Assembly: GCA_016757515.1 (NCBI GenBank)
Contig: JAERIN010000005.1
Span: forward strand, 3,325 to 67,324
DNA: 64,000 nt
Source: Alphaproteobacteria bacterium
GTDB lineage: Bacteria > Pseudomonadota > Alphaproteobacteria > Micavibrionales > Micavibrionaceae
Direction of reading: 5' to 3'
Shown: positions 48,130 to 56,009 of the stretch, piece by piece
Position numbering within the stretch: the first letter of the stretch is position 1
Layout of the letters: each line of letters starts with the position of its first letter
Notes under the pieces: model-generated
Seen by the model: the letters and a program-made list of their open reading frames with translations, nothing else
Told to the model about the DNA's origin: nothing
Database searches by the model: none
Position numbers and translations under genes: made by a program

Positions 48130-48918
48130 ATGTCTGGGATCGTCACTATTGTTGTTGAGCCCGCTGGGCCTTGGCTTCTGGAGGAGGGGCTGCAACACAT
48201 TCTAGACCATTTCAAGGTTCTAGGCGCAGCGGCGCAGTTCTTGGAAGAGGGGACCAAGATTCAATGGGGCCTCGGCGCTGCACATATGAACAGCCCGTTG
48301 AGCATGGAGGCCCATGCCCTGAACGCACCACAGCTGGCCCCCCGTGCGGTCGGAGAGTATGCCCGCGCCGCCCATGCACCGCGCCCGCCCGCATGGATCA
48401 GATCCTGCCCCGCCTATCGGAACGTTCTGACAAGTAAAGGTATGCGGTCCACGCAGATTTCCTGCCCAGGCGCAGAGCCCCTGGTTTTCTCCCAGGACTT
48501 CGCGGCCCGTGCCCTGCAAAACCTGGACGCGCTATGCCCCAAGAATCTCGCACACATCGCATATGGAGTGCGAGAGGGGTACATTTCCTCTGTGGGAACC
48601 TACTATAAAAATCCGTCCTTTAATCTCAAAGATATTTTGGACAAAAGGGACATCACCTGCATTGTAAAAGATCAGAGTTTGGCTGATAGGCTAGGAAAGA
48701 ACCATTCCTGGAGAGAGGCATGGGAAGACAGGCGCGTTGTTGTGCATGGACTAATATTCTATAAGCCGGATGGAAAAATTAAGGAAATAGAGGTGCAAAA
48801 CCTGGAGGAGGTCCATGCCCGCGAAGTTCCTATAGAAAAAATATTTGTAAAGGACTTCACTCGTAGTATGTCTGTCCCTGAATATATAGACAACGTGAGG
48901 GACGGACACATTGACTGA
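48130..48918 (+). CDS. Hypothetical protein; the 3' half is AT-rich
   Basis: 4-nt gap after the DUF2336 stop. An internal ATG at 48442 (MRSTQISC) is an alternative start that coincides with the drop in GC. No family recognised. Confidence 0.45.
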   Translation: MSGIVTIVVEPAGPWLLEEGLQHILDHFKVLGAAAQFLEEGTKIQWGLGAAHMNSPLSMEAHALNAPQLAPRAVGEYARAAHAPRPPAWIRSCPAYRNVLTSKGMRSTQISCPGAEPLVFSQDFAARALQNLDALCPKNLAHIAYGVREGYISSVGTYYKNPSFNLKDILDKRDITCIVKDQSLADRLGKNHSWREAWEDRRVVVHGLIFYKPDGKIKEIEVQNLEEVHAREVPIEKIFVKDFTRSMSVPEYIDNVRDGHID

Positions 48919-49087
48919 TATACACAAAGTATACTGGGATTCCTGCGCCTGGATTGCCCTTATTAATAAAGAGCCTGAGCATTTGCAGGCTCTTGAGCGC
49001 ATTTATGAATCCGCCAGGCGCGGAGACCCTGTAGAAATATGGACGTCGTCCCTCAGAAGATGGCCATTTTCACGGAGATCTTTTTAA
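48911..49087 (+). pseudogene. Truncated PIN-domain (VapC-like) gene remnant, 58 codons
   Basis: Hand-translated from a TTG start: TDIHKVYWDSCAWIALINKEPEHLQALERIYESARRGDPVEIWTSSL, then unrelated residues and TAA at 49085-87. The N-terminal xYxDS..WIA pattern and the later TSxL are PIN-like, and the C-terminal half of the domain is missing. It overlaps the upstream stop by 8 nt. Too short to appear in the ORF track. Confidence 0.5.
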
Positions 49088-49108
49088 GAATACAGCGTGA
49101 GGAAAAAA

Positions 49109-49729
49109 ATGCCCGCAGCAACCGCCCGCAAGTTTTTGTTTGATGTCCACTCCTTTGAGGCGGATGAAGCGCCCTGCGATGAGCTTCTCACGCAGGACGT
49201 TGCGCATTCGCCGCCGCCCACGTTCAGTGAGGAAGAGCTGGCCGCCGCCCGTGCTGAGGGGGTTGCGCAGGGCCGGGCGGAGGCTCTGGAAGAGCTTCGC
49301 ACCACGGAGGCCCAGGCCGCGTCCCAGGCCTTGGAGGCCGCGCGGACGGCGCTCTCGGTCTTGGTGGAGAGTGAGGCAGGGCGCGCCGCGCTGTACGAGT
49401 CTGCTGCGGTGCGGGTGGCCATTGCCGCCTTTTCCAGGACTTTCCCTGCCCTTGCGGCGGCCGGGGGCCTTGCTGAGATACAAGCAGCGATGGAGGCCGC
49501 CCTGACCGATCTCGGCCCGCACGTGGGGGAGGTCACGCTCCACGTTCACCCGGACCACCTGCCCGCCCTGGCCCCTTTGGGCGTTCACCTGGTGCCCGAT
49601 GAGGCCCTGGGCCCTGCGGACTTCCGGGCCGCCTGGGCCGGAGGCGGCGCGGAGCGGGATGCAGGGGCCCTGGCCGGGGCCATCGCAGCGGCGCTTGCGC
49701 CCGGCACCGCAGAGGACAGCGCCGGGTAG
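49109..49729 (+). CDS. FliH-like flagellar export apparatus protein (tentative)
   Basis: GAGGA SD 5 nt upstream. ARKFLFDVHSFE...PPTFSEEELAAARAEGVAQGRAEALEE resembles the alphaproteobacterial FliH N-terminus as I remember it. Confidence 0.4.
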   Translation: MPAATARKFLFDVHSFEADEAPCDELLTQDVAHSPPPTFSEEELAAARAEGVAQGRAEALEELRTTEAQAASQALEAARTALSVLVESEAGRAALYESAAVRVAIAAFSRTFPALAAAGGLAEIQAAMEAALTDLGPHVGEVTLHVHPDHLPALAPLGVHLVPDEALGPADFRAAWAGGGAERDAGALAGAIAAALAPGTAEDSAG

Positions 49730-49802
49730 GGGGCCTCTTTCCGGTGTGGGTCATTCCGGCGGGCCGGTGCACAACCCCCGCAAAAGGGGCTAGAACACCC
49801 CC

Positions 49803-52800
49803 ATGCTCGGCTTCACCCGCCTGCGCCTTCGGGGCTTTAAGTCCTTCGCGGACCAGACGGACCTGGACATCGCGCCGGGCCTGACGGGCATCGTGGGGCC
49901 GAACGGCTGCGGAAAGTCCAACATCCTGGAGGCCCTGCGCTGGGTCATGGGGGAGTCCTCCGCCCGCAAAATGCGCGGCACGGAGATGGAGGACGTGATC
50001 TTCGCCGGCACGGCCTCCCGCGCGGCGCGGGAGATGGCCCATGTCACGCTGACCCTGGACAACGCCGGCGCAGACGCCCCGGCCCCGTGGACCGCGTCTG
50101 AAACCATAGAGGTCTCCCGCGCCATCGCCCGGGGGCAGGGCTCTGCCTTCCGTATAAACGGCCGCCCGGTGCGCGCCCGGGACGTCCACGTTTTGTTCGC
50201 AGATTCCACAAGCGGCGCAGCCTCCCCGGCCCTGGTTTCGCAGGGACACATCGCCCGTATGATGACCGTCAAGCCGCACGAGCGGCGGCAGATCCTGGAA
50301 GAGGCTGCGGGGGTGGCGGGCCTGCATGCCCGTCGCGGGGAGGCTGCGCAGCGCCTGACCGCAGCGGAGGGGAACCTGGCGCAGGTTGCGCAGCGCCTGG
50401 CCGATATGCGTGGGCGCGCCGAGGCCTTGGCAAAGGCCGCGAAACAGGCCGCGCGCTACCGCGCCCTCTCGGAGGAGATACGGTCCCTGGAGGTGTCCAT
50501 CGCCCTGGCCACTTGGGAAGACCTGGCCCTTCGCCTTGAGGATGCGGAGCAGGAGCAAAGAGCGGCGGAGAAGGCTCTGGCGGCCCGCATGGCCGCAGCG
50601 GCCGAGGCCGGGCGCGTGGCGGAGGCTTCTGCAGGACGGCAAAGGTCTCTGCGGACGGTGGAGATGGAGGCTGGGAGCCGGGCGGAGCGCGCACGGTTGG
50701 ACCTGGACGTGCTGGAGGCCGCAGGGACCCGGCACGCGCGGGACGTGGCGGCGGGGCGGGGCCTTCTGGACCAGACGCGGGCGGACGCGGCGCACGAGCA
50801 GGCGGCACTGGCCGAGGCCGAGGCGCGGCTCCGGGCTCTGTCGGAGGAGGCGGAGGCCGCACCGGAGGTGAGCGAAGAGGACGTGTCTGCCGCGTCCGCG
50901 GAGGCCGGGGCTCTGGAGTCCGTGGCGGCGGATGCCGGCAGGGTGCATGAGGCTGCGCTGTCCGCGGCAAGCGAGGCACGGGCGGAGCGCGGGTCTGCGG
51001 AGCGCCGTCTGAGAGACGCCGCGCGTCACAAGGAGACGCTGGACGCCCGCGTGGCCCAGGCGCGCGCGGCCTGGGAGGCTCTCCAGGGCGTGTTTCCCCG
51101 CAATGGGTCTCCGGGTGCTGCGGCATTGCCGCCCTCCGAGCACGGAGAAGGCACACAGGCCCTGGAGGCTGACATTGCTGCGGCGGAGAGGACTCTGGCG
51201 GAGGCCGTGGCCCAGGCGCCTGCCCTTGCGGCACAGACTGCGGCCCTCACGCGTGAGGTGCAGGACGCGCAGGACCGGGCAGTCGCCGCGGAGCGGGCGG
51301 CGGTGGCCCTGGTGTGCGAGGTGGAGGCCCTGGCACCCCTCGTTTCCGGGGCAAGGGAGGAGAGCCCAGACGCCGTGGCCCACACGCTGGCTATAGAGCC
51401 GGGCGCAGAGGCCGCCCTCGCCGCCGCGCTGGGGGAGGGACTTGTGGCCTCCCTCAACACGCAAGACTTGGCCTTCTGGGCACCCGCAGACGCTGTACCG
51501 GACATCCCTCCGCCGGCTCTTCCAGACGGGGCCCGTCCCCTGGTCGCGTATCTGCAGGAACCACCCCCCGCTCTGGCCCAGGCCCTTGCCGCTGCGGGCG
51601 TGGTGGCGGACATGAGTACCGCCCAGGCCCTGGCCCCGCGCTTGCGCCCCGGCCAGTGCCTGGTGACAGCGGAGGGGGGCGTGGTCCGCTGGGACGGCTA
51701 CACAGCCCACCCCGGCGCGCGCAGCACGGACGAGGCCGCCAAGCTGGCACAGCGGGGTCGCCTCGCCGCCCTCCAGGCGCAGCGCCCGGGGCGGGAGAGG
51801 GACCACGCGGAGGCGGAGCAGGCTCTGGCCGCAGCAAAGGCCGGGATCGCACAGGCGCGGAAGGCCGAGCAGGCCTTGGAGGCCGTCCGCCGGGGGGCGG
51901 AACAGGAAGTTGCGCAAAAGCGGGTGGCTCTGGCCGCAGCGCGGGAGGCTGCAGCAAGACAGGAGGCGGACCGCACGCGCGCCAAGGCCACGTTGGAGGA
52001 GGCGCGGGCGCAGATGGCTGTACTGGAGGACTCTGTGGCCAGGGACGAGGAGGCCCTGGCCGCCGCGCGCGCTGCGGAGGCAGAGGCGGAGCAGACTCTG
52101 GCCGCAGCGCACGATGCAGTGCAGCAGGCGCGCGATAGGGCACGTGCCGCGCAGGATGCGGCCAGCCGCCTGGCTCAGGCCGCGGCCGGTCGGCGGGCGC
52201 GCGCCCAGGCCGCTGCGGACGAGCGCGTGCGCCTGACCAACCAGGCCATCCGTGCTCGTGGGCGTCTGGAGGCCCTGGCCGCGCGGGAGGCCGAGCAGGC
52301 CACAGCGCTGGAGGTTCTTGTGGCGGACCCGCCGGACGCGCCGGAGGCCACGGCCGCGCTGGAAAGCGCCCTAGAGGCAGCGAAGGTCGCCCACGCCCAC
52401 GCGCGGGCGCAGCTGGAGGCCGAGGAGGCCGCAGGGGCCCAGGCCGCCGCGCGCCTTAAGGCGGAGGAGGAGGCCATAGGGACCTTACGCGAGCGCCGCG
52501 CCGTCGCCGCAGCGAACCATGCCTCCCTGGCGCAGCAAAGGGCAGCCGCAGCAAGGGCCATTGAGGGCAAGTTCGGGCGAGGGCCCGAAGCCCTGGGCCC
52601 AGTGCAGCAGGCAGAGAGCGTGGACACGCTGACCGCGCGCCTCGCGCGGCGTTCCCGAGAGCGGGAGGCCCTAGGCCCCGTGAATCTGCAGGCTGAGGCG
52701 GAGGGCGCGGCCCTGGCGGCGGAGGTTGAGGCCCTGGCCGCAGAGGAGGGGGACCTGACCCAGGCGGTGGCGGAGCTGCAGTCTGCCATACGCAAGATCA

Positions 52801-53294
52801 ACAAAGAGGCCAGGGGCCGCCTTCTGGCCGCATTCCGCGCCGTGGACGCGCACTTCCAGCGCCTCTTCACCCGCCTGTTCGGCGGCGGCCAGGCGCGCCT
52901 GGCCCTCATCGGCGACGACCCTCTGGAGGCCGGGCTGGACGTCCTTGCGCAGCCGCCGGGCAAGACCTTACAGTCCCTCACCCTCCTGTCCGGGGGGGAG
53001 CAGACCCTGGCCTCCATCGCCCTCATCATGGCCATGTTCCTGGCCCAGCCCGCGCCCCTGTGCGTCCTGGACGAGATAGACGCCGCCCTGGACGACGCGA
53101 ACGTGGAGCGCATGTGCGGCCTTTTGGAGGAGATCGCCCGGCGCACCCAGACGCGCTTCCTGGTCATAACACACCACCGCCTGACCATGGCGCGGATGGA
53201 TAGGCTCTACGGCGTCACCATGGCCGAACGGGGCGTTTCGGCCCTCGTCTCCGTGGACCTGCAGGAGTCCTTCGCGTTTATGGACGCGGCCTAG
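49803..53294 (+). CDS. smc: Chromosome partition protein Smc
   Basis: Walker A GPNGCGKSNILEALRWVMGE, long coiled coils, hinge, LSGGEQTLASIAL, Walker B CVLDEIDAALDDANV. Confidence 0.96.
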   Translation: MLGFTRLRLRGFKSFADQTDLDIAPGLTGIVGPNGCGKSNILEALRWVMGESSARKMRGTEMEDVIFAGTASRAAREMAHVTLTLDNAGADAPAPWTASETIEVSRAIARGQGSAFRINGRPVRARDVHVLFADSTSGAASPALVSQGHIARMMTVKPHERRQILEEAAGVAGLHARRGEAAQRLTAAEGNLAQVAQRLADMRGRAEALAKAAKQAARYRALSEEIRSLEVSIALATWEDLALRLEDAEQEQRAAEKALAARMAAAAEAGRVAEASAGRQRSLRTVEMEAGSRAERARLDLDVLEAAGTRHARDVAAGRGLLDQTRADAAHEQAALAEAEARLRALSEEAEAAPEVSEEDVSAASAEAGALESVAADAGRVHEAALSAASEARAERGSAERRLRDAARHKETLDARVAQARAAWEALQGVFPRNGSPGAAALPPSEHGEGTQALEADIAAAERTLAEAVAQAPALAAQTAALTREVQDAQDRAVAAERAAVALVCEVEALAPLVSGAREESPDAVAHTLAIEPGAEAALAAALGEGLVASLNTQDLAFWAPADAVPDIPPPALPDGARPLVAYLQEPPPALAQALAAAGVVADMSTAQALAPRLRPGQCLVTAEGGVVRWDGYTAHPGARSTDEAAKLAQRGRLAALQAQRPGRERDHAEAEQALAAAKAGIAQARKAEQALEAVRRGAEQEVAQKRVALAAAREAAARQEADRTRAKATLEEARAQMAVLEDSVARDEEALAAARAAEAEAEQTLAAAHDAVQQARDRARAAQDAASRLAQAAAGRRARAQAAADERVRLTNQAIRARGRLEALAAREAEQATALEVLVADPPDAPEATAALESALEAAKVAHAHARAQLEAEEAAGAQAAARLKAEEEAIGTLRERRAVAAANHASLAQQRAAAARAIEGKFGRGPEALGPVQQAESVDTLTARLARRSREREALGPVNLQAEAEGAALAAEVEALAAEEGDLTQAVAELQSAIRKINKEARGRLLAAFRAVDAHFQRLFTRLFGGGQARLALIGDDPLEAGLDVLAQPPGKTLQSLTLLSGGEQTLASIALIMAMFLAQPAPLCVLDEIDAALDDANVERMCGLLEEIARRTQTRFLVITHHRLTMARMDRLYGVTMAERGVSALVSVDLQESFAFMDAA

Positions 53295-53308
53295 GCCCGC
53301 CCGATTCT

Positions 53309-53497
53309 ATGCCGCACCGCAGCACAATTTTCGCCCCAGAGCGCCGAAAAATCGTGTATTATCAGGGGAAAGGGTCGGTGCACACCACAAAAACATGCCA
53401 CCGCCGTGCTGCCGCCCAGCCACCGCCCAGATACCCCCGTGCTACCGCAGCGCCACCGCCCAGATACCGCAGCGCCGCCGCCCAGTCACCATTTTGG
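53309..53497 (+). repeat. Intergenic repeat element, copy B (inverted relative to copy A), with an 11-bp-period array at 53397-53495
   Basis: 11-mer registers at 53397, 408, 419, 430, 441, 452, 463, 474 and 485. The G-C-Y-R-C-C-G-C-C cores lie at 53397, 408, 419, 441, 452 and 474, all separated by multiples of 11. Confidence 0.85.
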
Positions 53498-53672
53498 GGC
53501 CGGTTCCGCGCCAAAGAAGCGCGGCCCGCGCAGGCCCCCCCGCAAGAACGGGAGACATACGCCTTTTGCGCCCCATCACACTTTTTTGCGCTGCAGCGCG
53601 GATTTTTTTGTTGACAAAAGGGTACGGATATGGCAATTTTCTCCTTATTGAAAGAGAGGAGGAGACCATCCT

Positions 53673-54044
53673 ATGCGATCAAGTTTGACACGGGAACAGT
53701 TAGCAGCCGTGCGAGGGCGGCAAGGCCTCCGCCCGGAACGCCGAGCCCCGACAGACGCTCAAAAGGCCATCAGGAAGATGGGCCTTTTTGTGCTCTCTGC
53801 GCGCCAGAATGAGGTTGTTTTAGAGGAAGACACCTTAAGGGCGGGAGAGCGAACCGTCACACGCCGGGAGGCCAGGGCCTTCTTGGAGTGGGCTGATACC
53901 GAGAGGCAAAATCCGCCTGTTAGGGGCATGACTGAAGATGAGACAGACGCGGTCTTGGACAAGATGTCTGCCGCACTACATGGCGTAAGACCTCTGCAAG
54001 AGGTGATAGCGGAAATAGAAGCCGGAGCGCTCCACGCCGCATAA
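53673..54044 (+). CDS. Hypothetical protein (123 aa)
   Basis: GAGAGGAGGAG SD 8 nt before the ATG. A TTGACA box at 53611-16 lies upstream. No family recognised. Confidence 0.5.
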   Translation: MRSSLTREQLAAVRGRQGLRPERRAPTDAQKAIRKMGLFVLSARQNEVVLEEDTLRAGERTVTRREARAFLEWADTERQNPPVRGMTEDETDAVLDKMSAALHGVRPLQEVIAEIEAGALHAA

Positions 54045-54049
54045 ACCCC

Positions 54050-54078
54050 TTGCATCCTGTGCGGGGGGGCGCTAGGGT
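54050..54078 (+). promoter_or_regulatory. Promoter candidate for rplK-rplA
   Basis: TTGCAT, 17-nt spacer, TAGGGT. Confidence 0.4.
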
Positions 54079-54113
54079 CCTCCGCTTAACGCGAGGAAGG
54101 GGTTCACAAAGCC

Positions 54114-54560
54114 ATGGCACCGCCGAAGAAGAAAAAAGAGATTATCGGGACTATATCCCTGACCATCACCGGCGGGGGCGCGACCCAGGCACCGCCTGTG
54201 GGGCCCGCCCTGGGGCAAAAGGGCGTGAACATCATGGAGTTCTGCAAGGCCTTCAACGCGAAGACCGAGGACCAAAAGGGCATCCCCATCCCCGTGCTCA
54301 TCACAGTGTACAAGGACAAGTCCTTTGACTTTGTGACCAAAACGCCCCCGGCGTCGTACTTCCTGAAGCAGGCCGCGAAGCTGCAAAAAGGCGGGTCCAC
54401 GCCGGGCCGGGCCACGGCGGGGCAGGTCCGGCGCAGCGCAGTGCGCAAAATCGCGCAGGCCAAGGCCGTGGACCTCTCCGCGTTTGACGAGGACGCAGCG
54501 ATGAAGATTATTGAGGGCTCTGCGCGCAGCATGGGCCTTGTGGTTGTGGAGGACGAGTAA
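54114..54560 (+). CDS. rplK: 50S ribosomal protein L11
   Basis: [26 protein letters not shown]...[17 protein letters not shown]. Confidence 0.96.
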   Translation: MAPPKKKKEIIGTISLTITGGGATQAPPVGPALGQKGVNIMEFCKAFNAKTEDQKGIPIPVLITVYKDKSFDFVTKTPPASYFLKQAAKLQKGGSTPGRATAGQVRRSAVRKIAQAKAVDLSAFDEDAAMKIIEGSARSMGLVVVEDE

Positions 54561-54561
54561 G

Positions 54562-55266
54562 ATGGCAAAAACCGCACGCAAAATGGCCGCGATCCGCGAG
54601 GCCCTGGAAGAAGGCAAGGTGTATACCCTGCCCGAGGCTCTGGAGGTGCTGAAAAACGCGGGCAAGGAGCGCAAGCTCAACGAGAGCGTGGAGATTGCCA
54701 TGAACCTGGGCGTGGACACGCGGCACGCGGACCAGAACGTCCGGGGGATGGTGACCCTCCCGGAGGGGACGGGGAAGGACGTGCGCGTGGCCGTGTTCGC
54801 GCGGGACGCGAAGGCCGACGAGGCGCGAGAGGCCGGGGCGGACATCGTGGGCGCGGAGGACCTTCTGGAGGCCATCCAGGGTGGTACGATTGCCTTTGAC
54901 CGCTGCATCGCCACGCCGGACATGATGGCCCTGGTGGGGCGGGTGGCGCGCATCCTGGGGCCACGGGGCTTGATGCCCAACCCGAAGCTGGGCACCGTGA
55001 CGCCGAATGTGGCCGAGGCCGTGAAGGCCGCCAAGGGCGGCGCGGTGGAGTTCCGCGCGGAGAAGGGCGGCATTATCCACGCCGGGGTGGGAAAGTCCGA
55101 CTTTTCTACCGAGCGTCTGGCCGCGAACGTTCGGGCCTTCGTGGACGCCATCCTGCGCGCGAAGCCCGCCGGGGCCAAGGGCGTGTACGTGAAAAAGGTG
55201 ACGCTGTCCTCCACCATGGGCCCCGGCCTGCGCGTAGACCTGGCCTCCATTACCCAAGGGGCGTGA
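54562..55266 (+). CDS. rplA: 50S ribosomal protein L1
   Basis: [33 protein letters not shown]...[15 protein letters not shown]. Start trimmed to MAKTARK. Confidence 0.96.
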   Translation: MAKTARKMAAIREALEEGKVYTLPEALEVLKNAGKERKLNESVEIAMNLGVDTRHADQNVRGMVTLPEGTGKDVRVAVFARDAKADEAREAGADIVGAEDLLEAIQGGTIAFDRCIATPDMMALVGRVARILGPRGLMPNPKLGTVTPNVAEAVKAAKGGAVEFRAEKGGIIHAGVGKSDFSTERLAANVRAFVDAILRAKPAGAKGVYVKKVTLSSTMGPGLRVDLASITQGA

Positions 55267-55757
55267 ACATGGGCGAGGGCTCCGGCATACCTGAGAGCCG
55301 CTTTGCCATGTGGCGGGCCGTGGTGGCCCTGGCGCACCTGGACGGCCGCATAGACCCCGCAGAGCGCAGCCTTGTGGAGGGCTACCTCGCGCACGTTCCG
55401 TTTTCCCCGGACCAGGCTGAGGCCTTGGGGGCGGACCTTGCGCACCCGCGCGACCCAGCAGAGGCCTTTGACGCCATAACAGACCCCGCAGACCGGGGGG
55501 AGTTTTTCGCCTTCGCGCAGGCGATGGTGGCTTGCGACCACGACCTGGACCCGCAGGAGATGGGCGCTGTGGAGGCCCTGCAGGCCGGACAGCTTGCCCA
55601 GGTGCAAGGCCAAGATTTGCCCGGACTTTTGCACGCCATGCGCGAGAAGGCTGCGTCCGCCCGCGCCGCGGAGGATCAAACCCTGCGCGAGGAGGCCCGC
55701 AAGGCCCTGGGCCTGGGCGCTTTCCTGCGCGGCATGCTGCGCCGGCAGGGACGCTGA
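55263..55757 (+). CDS. TerB-like (tellurite-resistance TerB / DjlA N-terminal type) domain protein
   Basis: [26 protein letters not shown]...[26 protein letters not shown] shows the two-repeat TerB-like pattern. GTG 55263 overlaps the rplA stop, and ATG 55269 is the alternative start. It is not L10 or L7/L12. Confidence 0.5.
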   Translation: MNMGEGSGIPESRFAMWRAVVALAHLDGRIDPAERSLVEGYLAHVPFSPDQAEALGADLAHPRDPAEAFDAITDPADRGEFFAFAQAMVACDHDLDPQEMGAVEALQAGQLAQVQGQDLPGLLHAMREKAASARAAEDQTLREEARKALGLGAFLRGMLRRQGR

Positions 55758-55845
55758 TACCCGCATCAGGCGCGCAGTTTTGGGCGCCGGCCAGGGCAGC
55801 ACTGCCCCACAGACAGGCGCAAGCCCGTGGGGACAAAAAAACCTG

Positions 55846-55874
55846 TTGACAGGCCGCGCGCCGTGTTCCATATA
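55846..55874 (+). promoter_or_regulatory. sigma70-type promoter candidate for rpoB
   Basis: TTGACA (55846-51), 17-nt spacer, CATATA (55869-74). Confidence 0.45.
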
Positions 55875-56009
55875 GCGGGCGCACATGGGGGCCTGCGCTT
55901 AACACTTTATGATACTTCGGGCACGCTGGACGCGACGCGCGGCCCGGCGTTTTGCGCTTTCCCCCGCTCGCGCACGAAAACGATTTTTTAAGGAGCAGGA
56001 GCCCGCGCC

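Noticed and set aside
49533-52112. 859-aa minus-strand ORF
   Set aside because: It is antisense to smc, which has unmistakable Walker A and B and signature motifs. The translation is low-complexity and rich in Arg, Gly, Leu and Pro.
55263-55757. A highly diverged rplJ (L10)
   Set aside because: No L10 N-terminal pattern is present, the sequence is acidic and helical with a TerB-like internal repeat, and no L7/L12 gene follows.
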